64,000 bases of DNA, taken from NCBI GenBank assembly GCA_964016885.1, contig OZ024744.1, forward strand, positions 69,254,001 through 69,318,000. Direction: 5' to 3'. The position numbers and the translations under genes were made by a program. This DNA is from Eledone cirrhosa (taxonomy: Eukaryota). The notes below the pieces were generated by a model. It saw nothing but the letters and a program-made list of their open reading frames with translations, was not told the DNA's origin and ran no database searches. Within the stretch, counting starts at the first letter, position 1; every line of letters starts with the position of its first letter. Positions 1 to 14,000 of this stretch are shown piece by piece.

Positions 1-262
1 TGTGTGTGTTTGTATGCTTGTGTGTGTTTGTATGTTTGTGTGTGTGTTTGTATGTGTATGTGTGTGTGTGTGTTTGTATATGTACGTGTGTGTGTGTGTG
101 TGTTTGTATGTGTATGTGTGTGTGTGTTTGTGTGTGTATGTGTGTGTGTGTTTGTATGTGTATGTGTGTGTGTTTGTGTGTGTGTTTGTATGTGTATGTG
201 TGTGTGTGTTTGTATGTTTGTGTGTGTGTTTGTGTGTGTGTGTTTTTGTGTGTGTGTGTGTA
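1..262. repeat. Interrupted (TG)n microsatellite with TGTT/TGTA variant units, truncated by window start
   Basis: Continuous TG dinucleotides with periodic tttg/tatg interruptions; the V/C-rich ORFs here are artefacts. Confidence 0.95.
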
Positions 263-1024
263 CCTGCACGTCTGTTTGTCTCGATCCACGAGGTAGTTGT
301 TTGCATTCTCAACCTGGGAGTGTAGATATGTGTATATGAATGAATACACTGTATGTGTGCGTATTTTTGTGTATACTTGTGCGTGTGCGTGTGTATACTC
401 ATGAGAGTGTGTGTGTGAGCGGATGGTACGTGTGCCTGCTATGTAGCCTTCAAATGATGGGACTAAAGCGGGTAGATTAGATGTAGATCTTCGGATGGTT
501 GTGTAATCCCGATGCTCGGTATTGGGGCTAGATTAGCGTTGTGTTGTAGGTGAACTAAGAAAAGGGAGCACTAAAAGGTAAAGGGGTTTGCATATGTGTT
601 TAATGGGGCGGTGGTGGGGGTGATAGCACTATATGCATGTGCGTTCTGCTCAAGTGTGGTGCATACACCTATGTGTTCACTCACCCATCCACCCACCCAT
701 TCACCCATCTACACACACAGACACAAAATCATGTGACGCCACGCAGCCACGCATTCACTCATTTACCATTTCATGCACTTCCATGCAAAACAACACACCC
801 AAATGCACAGAAGCACATGGATGTTTATTTCCGATGGGTGTTATACATGTAGTTGGGTGCGATGTAATGGTAGGTCTGTGTCAAGGATGTGGTGTAGATT
901 TTTGATTCGGGTCGAACGAAACTGTTTCGAGCGCGCTTGCGTGGTTAGTTGTGTTTGATCTACATGAGCGGGCGGAAGGACACGTGTCTGTGTGGATGTG
1001 CGTATTAAATAGTAGTTAATCGTG

Positions 1025-1365
1025 TTACACATCGGGGTCATGCGGGGAGATGTTGAGGTAAGTTTTGTAAATCCTGTATTTGCAGGAAGTGACGAGGTAG
1101 CTCCTTCTATTGAGCAGATGTTCCTTGGTGAACAACATATATATGATCTCTTCAAAGCAGAGGTTACACGGACAGCGGCCTCCGATATATGCTTTAGCCT
1201 TTGTTAAGATACATCATTCCAGTTTGAAGGTCGTACTGTTTACGCGTATGTCGCATACATATGTGTCTGGATAGTGTGGTAGCATTTCTACGGGATAGGT
1301 TTCTAAAGCTGTTAGTTTTGGTAGAATTTAGTTTAAAAACCACAAGCAGTGCGAGTGTAGGGAAC
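1025..1365 (-). pseudogene. Decayed C-terminal part of a Penelope-like retroelement GIY-YIG endonuclease
   Basis: Minus-strand translation across a frameshift (~1255-1260) and an in-frame TGA at 1216-1214 (probably former TGG): ...FKL..TNSFRNLSRRNATTLSRHI / CDIRVNSTTFKLE*CILTKAKAYIGGRCPCNLCFEEIIYMLFTKEHLLNRRSYLVTSCKYRIYKTYL...stop at 1027-1025. The pattern SFR...T.LS.HI(W)...W.I..KA..Y....CNLC..E......LLN.R......C matches, from memory, the C-terminus of PLE GIY-YIG endonucleases. The second half is absent from the ORF track. Confidence 0.75.
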
Positions 1366-1500
1366 CGTTCTATTAATTCCTGGAGAATGTAAAAGCCGGT
1401 CAAGTCGGTTACCTTCACCGTGTCAGTCGCTCCCATGTTGATATAGAGGAGCATTTTCGTAATGGTGGGTGGCCTTCCTGGTGTAGGCGATAATTGTCGT

Positions 1501-1540
1501 ATACATACATACATACATACACACATACATACATACATAC

Positions 1541-1624
<84 letters not shown>

Positions 1625-1634
1625 GAGAGAGAGA
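1501..1634. repeat. Compound microsatellite (ATAC)n-(TA)n-(GA)n
   Basis: (ATAC)n ~1501-1540, (TA)n ~1543-1624, (GA)n ~1625-1634. Confidence 0.95.
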
Positions 1635-1640
1635 GGAAAA

Positions 1641-1861
<221 letters not shown>

Positions 1862-1993
1862 AGGTGTAGTCCAGTTAGGGTACTCCGAGTAGTGGATGAT
1901 ATCAACGCTTGGCTAAGTTTGACTCAACAAGGCGTTTCCATAGTGATGCTGCGAGTACGTGGTGATTTCTATGTTGTTAACACTTGAGTAATG

Positions 1994-2105
1994 ATAAATC
2001 AGGAAAGAAGAGTGACACGGTTTGCTATAAAAAAAAAAGGTTTTTAATTGAGATTAAAAACCTTTTTTGTATAGCAAACCGTGTCACTCTTCTTTCTTGA
2101 TTTAT
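1994..2105. repeat. Near-perfect palindrome, ~55-bp arms with a 4-nt loop
   Basis: ATAAATCAGGAAAGAAGAGTGACACGGTTTGCTATA(A)nGGTTTTTAAT-tgag-ATTAAAAACC(T)nGTATAGCAAACCGTGTCACTCTTCTTTCTTGATTTAT. Confidence 0.93.
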
Positions 2106-2116
2106 ATATATATATA

Positions 2117-2307
2117 TAAACGGAAAAAATGAAACGAAATTTCATTTCTGACTCTTAGTACGGCTGTTACTTAAATATAAGTATGTATACCTACATACAT
2201 ATATGTATACAGACGTACAGTAGTATGTATATATATATATACATACATGCACACATATATATATGGATTCACCGAACATTTATTATAATGCTTGGTGTGT
2301 TTGTAAA
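2117..2307 (+). repeat. Direct repeat copy A (~190 bp)
   Basis: TAAACGGAAAAAATGAA...GGTGTGTTTGTAAA, nearly identical to 2541-2747. Confidence 0.93.
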
Positions 2308-2372
2308 CAAACATCCCGAATTAAGCCGTACAGTGTCTAGCATCCATCGTTACTCATTTGTTCAACACTGAC

Positions 2373-2429
2373 AAAGGAACGCTGTACTAGTTTCAAGCTT
2401 ATTAGCTATCGTCAGCAACGTATACCTTC
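2373..2429 (-). ncRNA. Intact minimal type I hammerhead ribozyme, Penelope-type with palindromic short stem III
   Basis: Minus strand: GAAGG-uau-ACGUUG [CUGACGA 2415-2409] U-AGCU-aaua-AGCU-U [GAAA 2394-2391] CUAG [UA] CAGCGU-u-CCUUU. Both core boxes are perfect, with a 6-bp proximal stem I plus distal extension, a 4-bp stem II, palindromic ACUAGU at stem III and a GUA triplet. Predicted cut between 2385 and 2384. Confidence 0.85.
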
Positions 2430-2540
2430 CTGCCAGATGATTGAACGTCTGAAAGTATATACTTTCCTTATGCATATTAACGGCTGAGCAGCCTAATTTG
2501 CATATCGAGTGAGTTAATCGGCCGGGCGCACCGAAAACGA

Positions 2541-2747
2541 TAAACGGAAAAAATGAAGCGAAATTTCATTTCTCACTCTTAGTACGGCTGTTACTTAAAT
2601 ATAAGTATGTATACGTACATACATATATGTATACAGACGTACAGTAGTATGTATGTATATATATATATACATACATACATGCACAGATATATATATGTAC
2701 GTATGGATTCACCGAACATTTATTATAATGCTCGGTGTGTTTGTAAA
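2541..2747 (+). repeat. Direct repeat copy B (~207 bp)
   Basis: Second copy of 2117-2307 with a few substitutions and small microsatellite-type insertions. Confidence 0.93.
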
Positions 2748-2754
2748 TATATGA

Positions 2755-2852
2755 GAATCCATACGTACATATATATATGTGTGCATGTATGTATATATAC
2801 ATACTACTGTACGCCTGTATACATATATGTATGTACGTATACATACTTATAT
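2755..2852 (-). repeat. Inverted partial third copy, forming a ~100-bp-arm hairpin with 2599-2710
   Basis: GAATCCATACGTACAT...ATACATACTTATAT is a near-exact reverse complement of ATATAAGTATGTAT...ATGTACGTATGGATTC. Confidence 0.9.
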
Positions 2853-3057
2853 ATATATACAGATGGAAGTACAGCATATTCGAAGCTCGAGCCGCAGCTA
2901 AGTCGGGGTTTTGTATACCTATGGTAAGGTTTTGCGTATGCTTGTGTATGTACGTATTTGTTTGCGTGTATGTATTTATTTATTTCTATTACTTCTGTAT
3001 TGTATTTATTTACTTTGTTCTTAACTCCGTAGCGGAGATTCATTTGGTCTCCTAGTT

Positions 3058-3330
3058 AGAATTTTAGTCTACGACTTCTGCTATACCATTTACGTGGTTT
3101 TGTCTTTGCGTGCTATTGTTCTCCACGCTCCACATATGACTTATTATCTTCGTTTTTTCGTTCATTGCCAGAGAACGTCTCTATGCACCACCTAAGAGAA
3201 CATTAGTCTACGACCTCTTTTATACCATAAACGTGGTTCTGTCTTTGCGCGTAATTGTTTTTCACCGCTCCTATTAATGACGTATTATTCGTTTTTTCCC
3301 GTTCTTTGCCAGCGAACGTTTCCACGAACC
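3058..3330. repeat. Diverged tandem duplication, 2 copies, period ~139 bp
   Basis: TTAGTCTACGAC at 3064 and 3203, each followed by matching TATACCAT..ACGTGGTT.TGTCTTTGCG...TTGCCAG.GAACGT. Confidence 0.88.
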
Positions 3331-3393
3331 GAAGTATCGTCTTCCTGTCTTCCTCCGGTTGCAACGTTTTTTGAAATATCCAGTTCTGCGTTT

Positions 3394-3469
3394 ACAGATT
3401 GACTTTGTTAGTTTCAGAAGATCCCATTAAGGGTGAAAGCAGCGATTCTTTGCTTAAACTTTAATCTGT
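3394..3469 (+). ncRNA. Type I hammerhead ribozyme with one core substitution (U4>A)
   Basis: ACAGAUUGA-cuuuguu-AGUUU [CAGAAGA 3415-3421] U-CCC-auuaa-GGG-U [GAAA 3435-3438] GCAG-cgauucu-UUGC [UU] AAACU-UUAAUCUGU. All three stems pair in the right register; stem I is 5+9 bp with a 7-nt bulge. Confidence 0.72.
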
Positions 3470-3703
3470 TATTTAATAAATATTTGCTCTACGGTTCTTA
3501 TATATTTGATATATATTTATCCTTATCGAGCCCTCTTTGGATTTTCGTCTTCAATTTTATTATTATTACTATATATATATATATATATATATGATATTAA
3601 ATAAATGGAAACTATATATCATAAATATACTCCAAATACTTATTGAGTGCTTTTATATATAAATATTTACTCGTTGTTAACCCAACAATTTAAATATAAC
3701 TTT

Positions 3704-3820
<117 letters not shown>

Positions 3821-3992
3821 TATATTATTTTATATGCAGGTAGATTACCAGTTAGGGTCTTGTAACTGGTAGACCTCGAGGTATGCTGAAGTATGCACTG
3901 AACACCCTGAAGCATCCTTATTCTTCACTATATATACATATATATATATATTTTTTTTTTCGGACTCATTCTCATTGTATCTAATATATGCT

Positions 3993-4134
3993 TTTTATTC
4001 TTTAGATGATGGGGAAGTACATATAAATAACTATATATCATTGGTTATATATAGATATTGATTATGCGAATTATCTCATAACATTTTCGAATAATTGGAT
4101 GTACAACTCCCTTGAAAATGTATAAGGAATTAAA
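3993..4134 (+). ncRNA. Possible highly decayed type I hammerhead with a long stem II insert
   Basis: UUUUAUUCUU [UAGAUGA] uGGGGAAGUACAU...~75 nt...AUGUACAACUCCCuu [GAAA 4114-4117] augua [UA] AGGAAUUAAA. Stems I and II pair; the core has 2 mismatches and stem III is broken. Confidence 0.35.
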
Positions 4135-4187
4135 TATGTTTTAAAAGATAATTTTTCTCTCTGTATGCTTGATTATATATATATATA

Positions 4188-4886
<699 letters not shown>

Positions 4887-5089
4887 CATACACTGACATA
4901 GACTTACACAGACTCAGACATACACTGACACAGACATACACTGACATAGACATACACTAATACAGACATACACTGACATAGACATACACTGACACAGACA
5001 TACACTGACACAGACATACACTGACATAGACATACACAGACTCAGACATACACTGACACAGACATACACTGACATAGACATACACTGAC

Positions 5090-8000
5090 ACAGACATACA
5101 CTGACACAGACATACACTGACACAGACATACACTGTCACATACATACACTGACACAGACATACACTGACACAGACAAACAATGACATAGACATACACAGA
5201 CATAGACATACACAGACACAGACATACACTGACACATACATACACTGACATAGACATACACTGACATAGACATACACTGACACAGACATACACATACTCA
5301 GACATACACTGACACAGACATACACTGACACAGACATACACTGACACAGACATACACTGGCATAGACATACACTGACTCACACATACACTGACATAGACA
5401 TACACTGACAGAGACATACACTGACATAGACATACACTGACACAGACATACACTGACATAGACATACACTGACATAGACATACACTGACATAGACATACA
5501 CTGACATAGACATACACAGACTCAGACATACACTGACATAGATATACACAGACTCAGACATACACTGACACAGACATACACTGTCATAGACATACACTGA
5601 CACAGACATACACTTGCATAGACATACACTGACATACACTGACATAGACATACACTGACACATACATACACTGACATAGACATACACTGACACAGACAAA
5701 CACTGACACAGACATACACTGACACATACATACACTGACATAGACATACACAGACTCAGACATACACTGACATAGACATACACTGACATAGACATACACT
5801 GACACAGACATACACTGGCATAGACATACACTGTCACATACATACACTGACATAGATATACACTGACGCAGACATACACTGACACAGATATACACTGACA
5901 TAGACATACACAGACTCAGACATACACTGACATAGACATACACAGACTCAGACATACACTGACACAGACATACACTGACATAGACATACACATACTCAGA
6001 CATACACTGACACAGACATACACTGACACAGACATACACTGACATAGACATACACAGACTCAGACATACACTGACACAGACATACACTGTCATAGACATA
6101 CACAGACTCAGACATACACTGACATAGACATACACTGACATAGACATACACTGACACAGACATACACTGTCATAGACATACACTGTCACATACATACACT
6201 TACATAGACATACACAGACTCAGACATACACTGACATAGACATACACTGACATAGACATACACTGACACAGACATACACTGACATAGACATACACTGACA
6301 CAGACATACACAGACTCAGACATACACTGATATAGACATACACTGACACAGACATACACTGACATAGACATATACTGGCATAGACATACACAGACACAGA
6401 CATACACTGACATAGACATACACTGACACAGACATACACTGACATAGACATACACTGACACAGACATACACTGACATAGACATACACAGACTCAGACATA
6501 CACTGACACAGACATACAGTGACACAGACATACACTGGCATAGGCATACACTGACACAGACATACACTGACATAGACATACACATACTCAGACATACACT
6601 GACATAGACATACACAGACTCAGACATACACTGACACAGACATACACTGGCATAGACATACACTGACACAGACATACACTGACATAGACATACACTGACA
6701 CAGACATACACTGACATAGACATACACAGACTCAGACATTCATGGGCATAGACATACACAGACTCAGACATACACAGACTCAGACATACACTGACATAGA
6801 CATACACTGACACAGACATACACTGGCATAGACATACACTGACACAGACATACACTGGCATAGACATACACTGACACAGACATACACTGGCATAGACATA
6901 CACTGACACAGACATACACTGATATAGACATACACTGACACAGACATACACTGACATAGACATACACTGACATAGACATACACAGACTCAGACATACACT
7001 GACATAGACATACACTGACATAGACATACACAGAGTCAGACATACACAGACATACACTGACATATACATACACAGACTAAGACATACACTGACACAGACA
7101 TACACTGACATAGACATACACAGACATAGATATACACTGGCATAGACATACACTGACACAGACATAACACTGACACAGACATACACTGACACAACATACA
7201 CTGTCACATACATACGCTGACATAGACATACACAGTCACTGACATACACTGACACAGACATACACTGACATAGACATGAACATAATCAGACATACACTGA
7301 CATAGATATACACTGACACAGACATACACTGACATAGACATACACAGACTCAGACATACACTGACATAGACATACACAGACATAGATATACACTGACATA
7401 GACATACACTGGCAGAGACATACACTGACTCAGACATACACAGACACAGACATACACTGACACAGACATACACTGACACAGACATACACTGATAAAGACA
7501 TACACTGACACAGACATACACTGACAGAGACATACACTGACATAGACATACACTGACATAGACATACACTGACACAGACATACACTGTCACATACATACA
7601 CTGACACAGACATACACTGACATAGACATACACTGACACAGACATACACTGGCATAGACATACACTGACACAGACATACACTGACATAGACATACACTGA
7701 CATAGACATACACAGACTCAGACATACACAGACACAGTCATACACTGACACAGACATACACTGACATAGACATACACAGACTCAGACATACACTGACATA
7801 GACATACACAGACTCAGACATACACTGACACAGACATACACTGACATAGACATGCACAGACACAGACATACAAAGACATACACAGACATACATATACACT
7901 GACACAGACATACACTGACATAAACATACACTGACATAGACATACACTGACACAGACATACACTGACATAGACATACACTGACATAGACATACACAGACA

Positions 8001-11000
8001 TAGATATACACTGACAAAGACATACACTGACATAGACATACACAGACTCAGACATACACTGACATAGACATACACTGACACAGACATACACTGATATAGA
8101 CATACACAGACTCAGACATACACTGACAGAGACATACACTGACACAGACATACACTGACATAGACATACACCGACATAGACATACAAAGAGTCAGACATA
8201 CACTGACATAGACATACACAGACATAGATATACACTGGCATAGACATACACTGACACAGAAATAACACTGACACAGACATACACTGACACAACATATACT
8301 GTCACATACATACACTGACATAGACATACACAGACACTGACATACACTGACACAGACATACACTGACATAGACATACACAGACTCAGACATACACTGACA
8401 TAGACATACACTGTCATAGACATACACAGACTCAGACATACACAGATATACACTGACATATACATACACAGACTAAGACATACACTGACACAGACATACA
8501 TTGACATAGACATACACAGACTCAGACATACACTGACATAGACATACACTGACATAGACATACACTGGCATAGACATACACTGACACATACGTACACTGA
8601 CACAGACATACACTGACATAGACATAAACTGACATAGACATACACAGACACAGACATACACTGACACAGACATACACATACTCAGACATACACAGACACA
8701 GACATACACTGACACAGACATACACTGACACAGACATACACTGACATAGACATACACTGACACAGACGTACACTGACATAGACATACACTGACATAGACA
8801 TACACAGATTCAGACATACACTGACATAGACATACACAGACTCAGACATACACTGACATAGACATACACTGACATAGACATACACAGACTCATCATACAC
8901 AGACATACACTGACATAGACATACACAGACTCAGACATACACTGACATAGACATACACTGACATAGACATACACTGGCATAGACATACACTGACACATAC
9001 GTACACTGACACAGACATACACTGACATAGACATAAACTGACATAGACATACACAGACACAGACATACACTGACACAGACATACACATACTCAGACATAC
9101 ACAGACACAGACATACACTGACACAGACATACACTGACACAGACATACACTGACATAGACATACACTGACACAGACATACACTGACATAGACATACACTG
9201 ACATAGACATACACAGACTCAGACATACACTGACATAGACATACACAGACTCAGACATACACTGACACAGACATACACTGACATAGACATACACAGACTC
9301 AGACATACAAAGACATACACAGACATAGATATACACTGACACAGACATACACTGACATAAACATACACTGACATGGACATACACTGACACAGACATACAC
9401 TGACATAGACATACACTGACATAGACATACACAGACATAGATATACACTGACACAGACTTACACTGACACAGACATACACTGACACAGACATACGCTGAC
9501 ACAGACATACACTGACTCAGACATACACAGACTCAGACATACACAGACTCAGACATACACTGACACAGAGATACACTGATACAGACATACACTAGCACAG
9601 ACATACACTGACATAGACATACACTGACACATACATACACTGACACAGACATACACTGATACAGCCATACACTGACACAGACATACACTGACTCAGACAT
9701 ACACAGACTCAGACATACACAGACTCAGACATACACTGACACAGACATACACTGACACAGACATACACTGACTCAGACATACATTGACACAGACATACAC
9801 TAACATAGACATACACTGACATAGACATACACAGACTCAGACATACACAGACATACACGGACATAGACATACACCGACATAGACATACACAGAGTCAGAC
9901 ATACACTGACATAGACATACACAGACATAGATATACACTGACATAGACATACACTGACACAGACATACACTGTCACATACATACACTGACACAGACATAC
10001 ACTGACATAGACATACACTGACACAGACATACACTGGCATAGACATACACTGACACAGACATACACTGACATAGACATACACTGACATAGACATACACAG
10101 ACTCAGACATACACAGACACAGACATACACTGACACAGACATAATCTGACATAGACATACACAGACTCAGACATACACTGACATAGACATACACAGACTC
10201 AGACATACACTGACATAGACATACACTGACATAGACATACACAGACTCAGACATACACTGACATAGACATACACTGACATAGACATACACAGAGTCAGAC
10301 ATACACAGACATACACTGACATATACATACACAGACTAAGACATACACTGACACAGACATACACTGACATAGACATACACAGACATAGATATACACTGGC
10401 ATAGACATACACTGACACAGACATAACACTGACACAGACATACACTGACACAACATACACTGTCACATACATACGCTGACATAGACATACACAGACACTG
10501 ACATACACTGACACAGACATACACTGACATAGACATGTACATAATCAGACATACACTGACATAGATATACACTGACACAGACATACACTGACATAGACAT
10601 ACACAGACTCAGACATACACTGACATAGACATACACAGACATAGATATACACTGACAAAGACATACACTGGCAGAGACATACACTGACTCAGACATACAC
10701 AGACACAGACATACACTGACACAGACATACACTGACACAGACATACACTGATACAGACATACACTGACACAGACATACACTGACAGAGACATACACTGAC
10801 ATAGACATACACTGACATAGACATACACTGACACAGACATACACTGTCACATACATACACTGACACAGACATACACTGACATAGACATACACTGACACAG
10901 ACATACACTGGCATAGACATACACTGACACAGACATACACTGACATAGACATACACTGACATAGACATACACAGACTCAGACATACACAGACACAGTCAT

Positions 11001-14000
11001 ACACTGACACAGACATACACTGACATAGACATACACAGACTCAGACATACACTGACATAGACATACACAGACTCAGACATACACTGACACAGACATACAC
11101 TGACATAGACATACACAGACACAGACATACAAAGACATACACAGACATAGATATACACTGACACAGACATACACTGACATAAACATACACTGACATAGAC
11201 ATACACTGACACAGACATACACTGACATAGACATACACTGACATAGACATACACAGACATAGATATACACTGACACAGACATACACTGACATAGACATAC
11301 ACAGACTCAGACATACACTGACATAGACATACACTGACACAGACATACACTGGCATCGGTATACACTGACACAGACATACACTGATATAGACATACACAG
11401 ACTCAGACATACACTGACAGAGACATACACTGACACAGACATACACTGCCATAGACATACACCGACATAGACATACAAAGAGTCAGACATACACTGACAT
11501 AGACATACACAGACATAGATATACACTGGCATAGACATACACTGACACAGACATAACACTGACACAGACATACACTGACACAACATACACTGTCACATAC
11601 ATACACTGACATAGACATACACAGACACTGACATACACTGACACAGACATACACTGACATAGACATACACAGACTCAGACATACACTGACATAGACATAC
11701 ACTGACATAGACATACACAGACTCAGACATACACAGATATACACTGACATATACATACACAGACTAAGACATACACTGACACAGACATACACTGACATAG
11801 ACATACACAGACTCAGACATACACTGACATAGACATACACTGACATAGACATACACTGGCATAGACATACACTGACACATACGTACACTGACACAGACAT
11901 ACACTGACATAGACATAAACTGACATAGACATACACAGACACAGACATACACTGACACAGACATACACATACTCAGACATACACAGACACAGACATACAC
12001 TGACACAGACATACACTGACACAGACATACACTGACACAGACATACACTGACATAGACATACACTGACATAGACATACACAGACTCAGACATACACTGAC
12101 ATAGACATACACAGACTCAGACATACACTGACATAGACATACACTGACATAGACATACACAGACTCAGACATACACAGATATACACTGACATATACATAC
12201 ACAGACTAAGACATACACTGACACAGACATACACTGACATAGACATACACAGACATAGATGTACACTGACACAGACATACACTGACATAGACATACACAG
12301 ACTCAGACATACACTGACATAGACATACACTGACATAGACATACACTGGCATAGACATACACTGACACATACGTACACTGACACAGACATACACTGACAT
12401 AGACATAAACTGACATAGACATACATAGACACAGACATACACTGACACAGACATACACATACTCAGACATACACAGACACAGATATACACTGACACAGAC
12501 ATACACTGACACAGACATACACTGACATAGACATGCACTGACACAGACATACACTGACATAGACATACACTGACATAGACATACACAGACTCAGACATAC
12601 ACTGACATAGACATACACAGACTCAGACATACACTGACACAGACATACACTGACATAGACATACACAGACTCAGACATACAAAGACATACACAGACATAG
12701 ATATACACTGACACAGACATACACTGACATAAACATACACTGACATGGACATACACTGACACAGACATACACTGACATAGACATACACTGACATAGACAT
12801 ACACAGACATAGATATACACTGACACAGACTTACACTGACACAGACATACACTGACACAGACATACGCTGACACAGACATACACTGACTCAGACATACAC
12901 AGACTCAGACATACACAGACTCAGACATACACTGACACAGAGATACACTGATACAGACATACACTAGCACAGACATACACTGACATAGACATACACTGAC
13001 ACATACATACACTGACACAGACATACACTGATACAGCCATACACTGACACAGACATACACTGACTCAGACATACACAGACTCAGACATACACAGACTCAG
13101 ACATACACTGACACAGACATACACTGACTCAGACATACATTGACACAGACATACACTGACATAGACATACACTGACATAGACATACACAGACTCAGACAT
13201 ACACAGACATACACGGACATAGACATACACTGACATAGACATACACAGACATAGATATACACTGACACAGACATACACTGACATAGACATACACAGACTC
13301 AGACATACACTGACATAGACATACACTGACACAGACATACACTGGCATCGGTATACACTGACACAGACATACACTGATATAGACATACACAGACTCAGAC
13401 ATACACTGACAGAGACATACACTGACACAGACATACACTGACATAGACATACACCGACATAGACATACAAAGAGTCAGACATACACTGACATAGACATAC
13501 ACTGACACAGACATACACTGACACAGACATACACTGTCACATACATACACTGACACAGACATACACTGACACAGACAAACAATGACATAGACATACACAG
13601 ACATAGACATACACAGACACAGACATACACTGACACATACATACACTGACATAGACATACACTGACATAGACATACACTGACACAGACATACACATACTC
13701 AGACATACACTGACACAGACATACACTGACACAGACATACACTGACACAGACATACACTGGCATAGACATACACTGACTCACACATACACTGACATAGAC
13801 ATACACTGACAGAGACATACACTGACATAGACATACACTGACACAGACATACACTGACATAGACATACACTGACATAGACATACACTGACATAGACATAC
13901 ACTGACATAGACATACACAGACTCAGACATACACTGACATAGATATACACAGACTCAGACATACACTAACACAGACATACACTGTCATAGACATACACTG

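Noticed and set aside
895-945. CGAAACTGTTTCG palindrome downstream of the GIY-YIG remnant
   Set aside because: GAAAC occurs on both strands, but there is no convincing CUGANGA or stem I.
1895-1985. Minus-strand TTAACAA-CATAG...CTATG-GAAA-CGC...CG-TT fold
   Set aside because: The core is too decayed and the stem I register is ambiguous.
2434-2470. Plus-strand CAGATGA...GAAA-GTATATAC-TT hammerhead-like string
   Set aside because: Palindromic stem III is present, but stem I does not pair and stem II is poor.
2860-2905. CAGATGG-stem-GAA-GCT...AGC-TA hammerhead-like relic
   Set aside because: Three core deviations and no stem I 5' strand (replaced by the inverted repeat); cannot be supported without a consensus.
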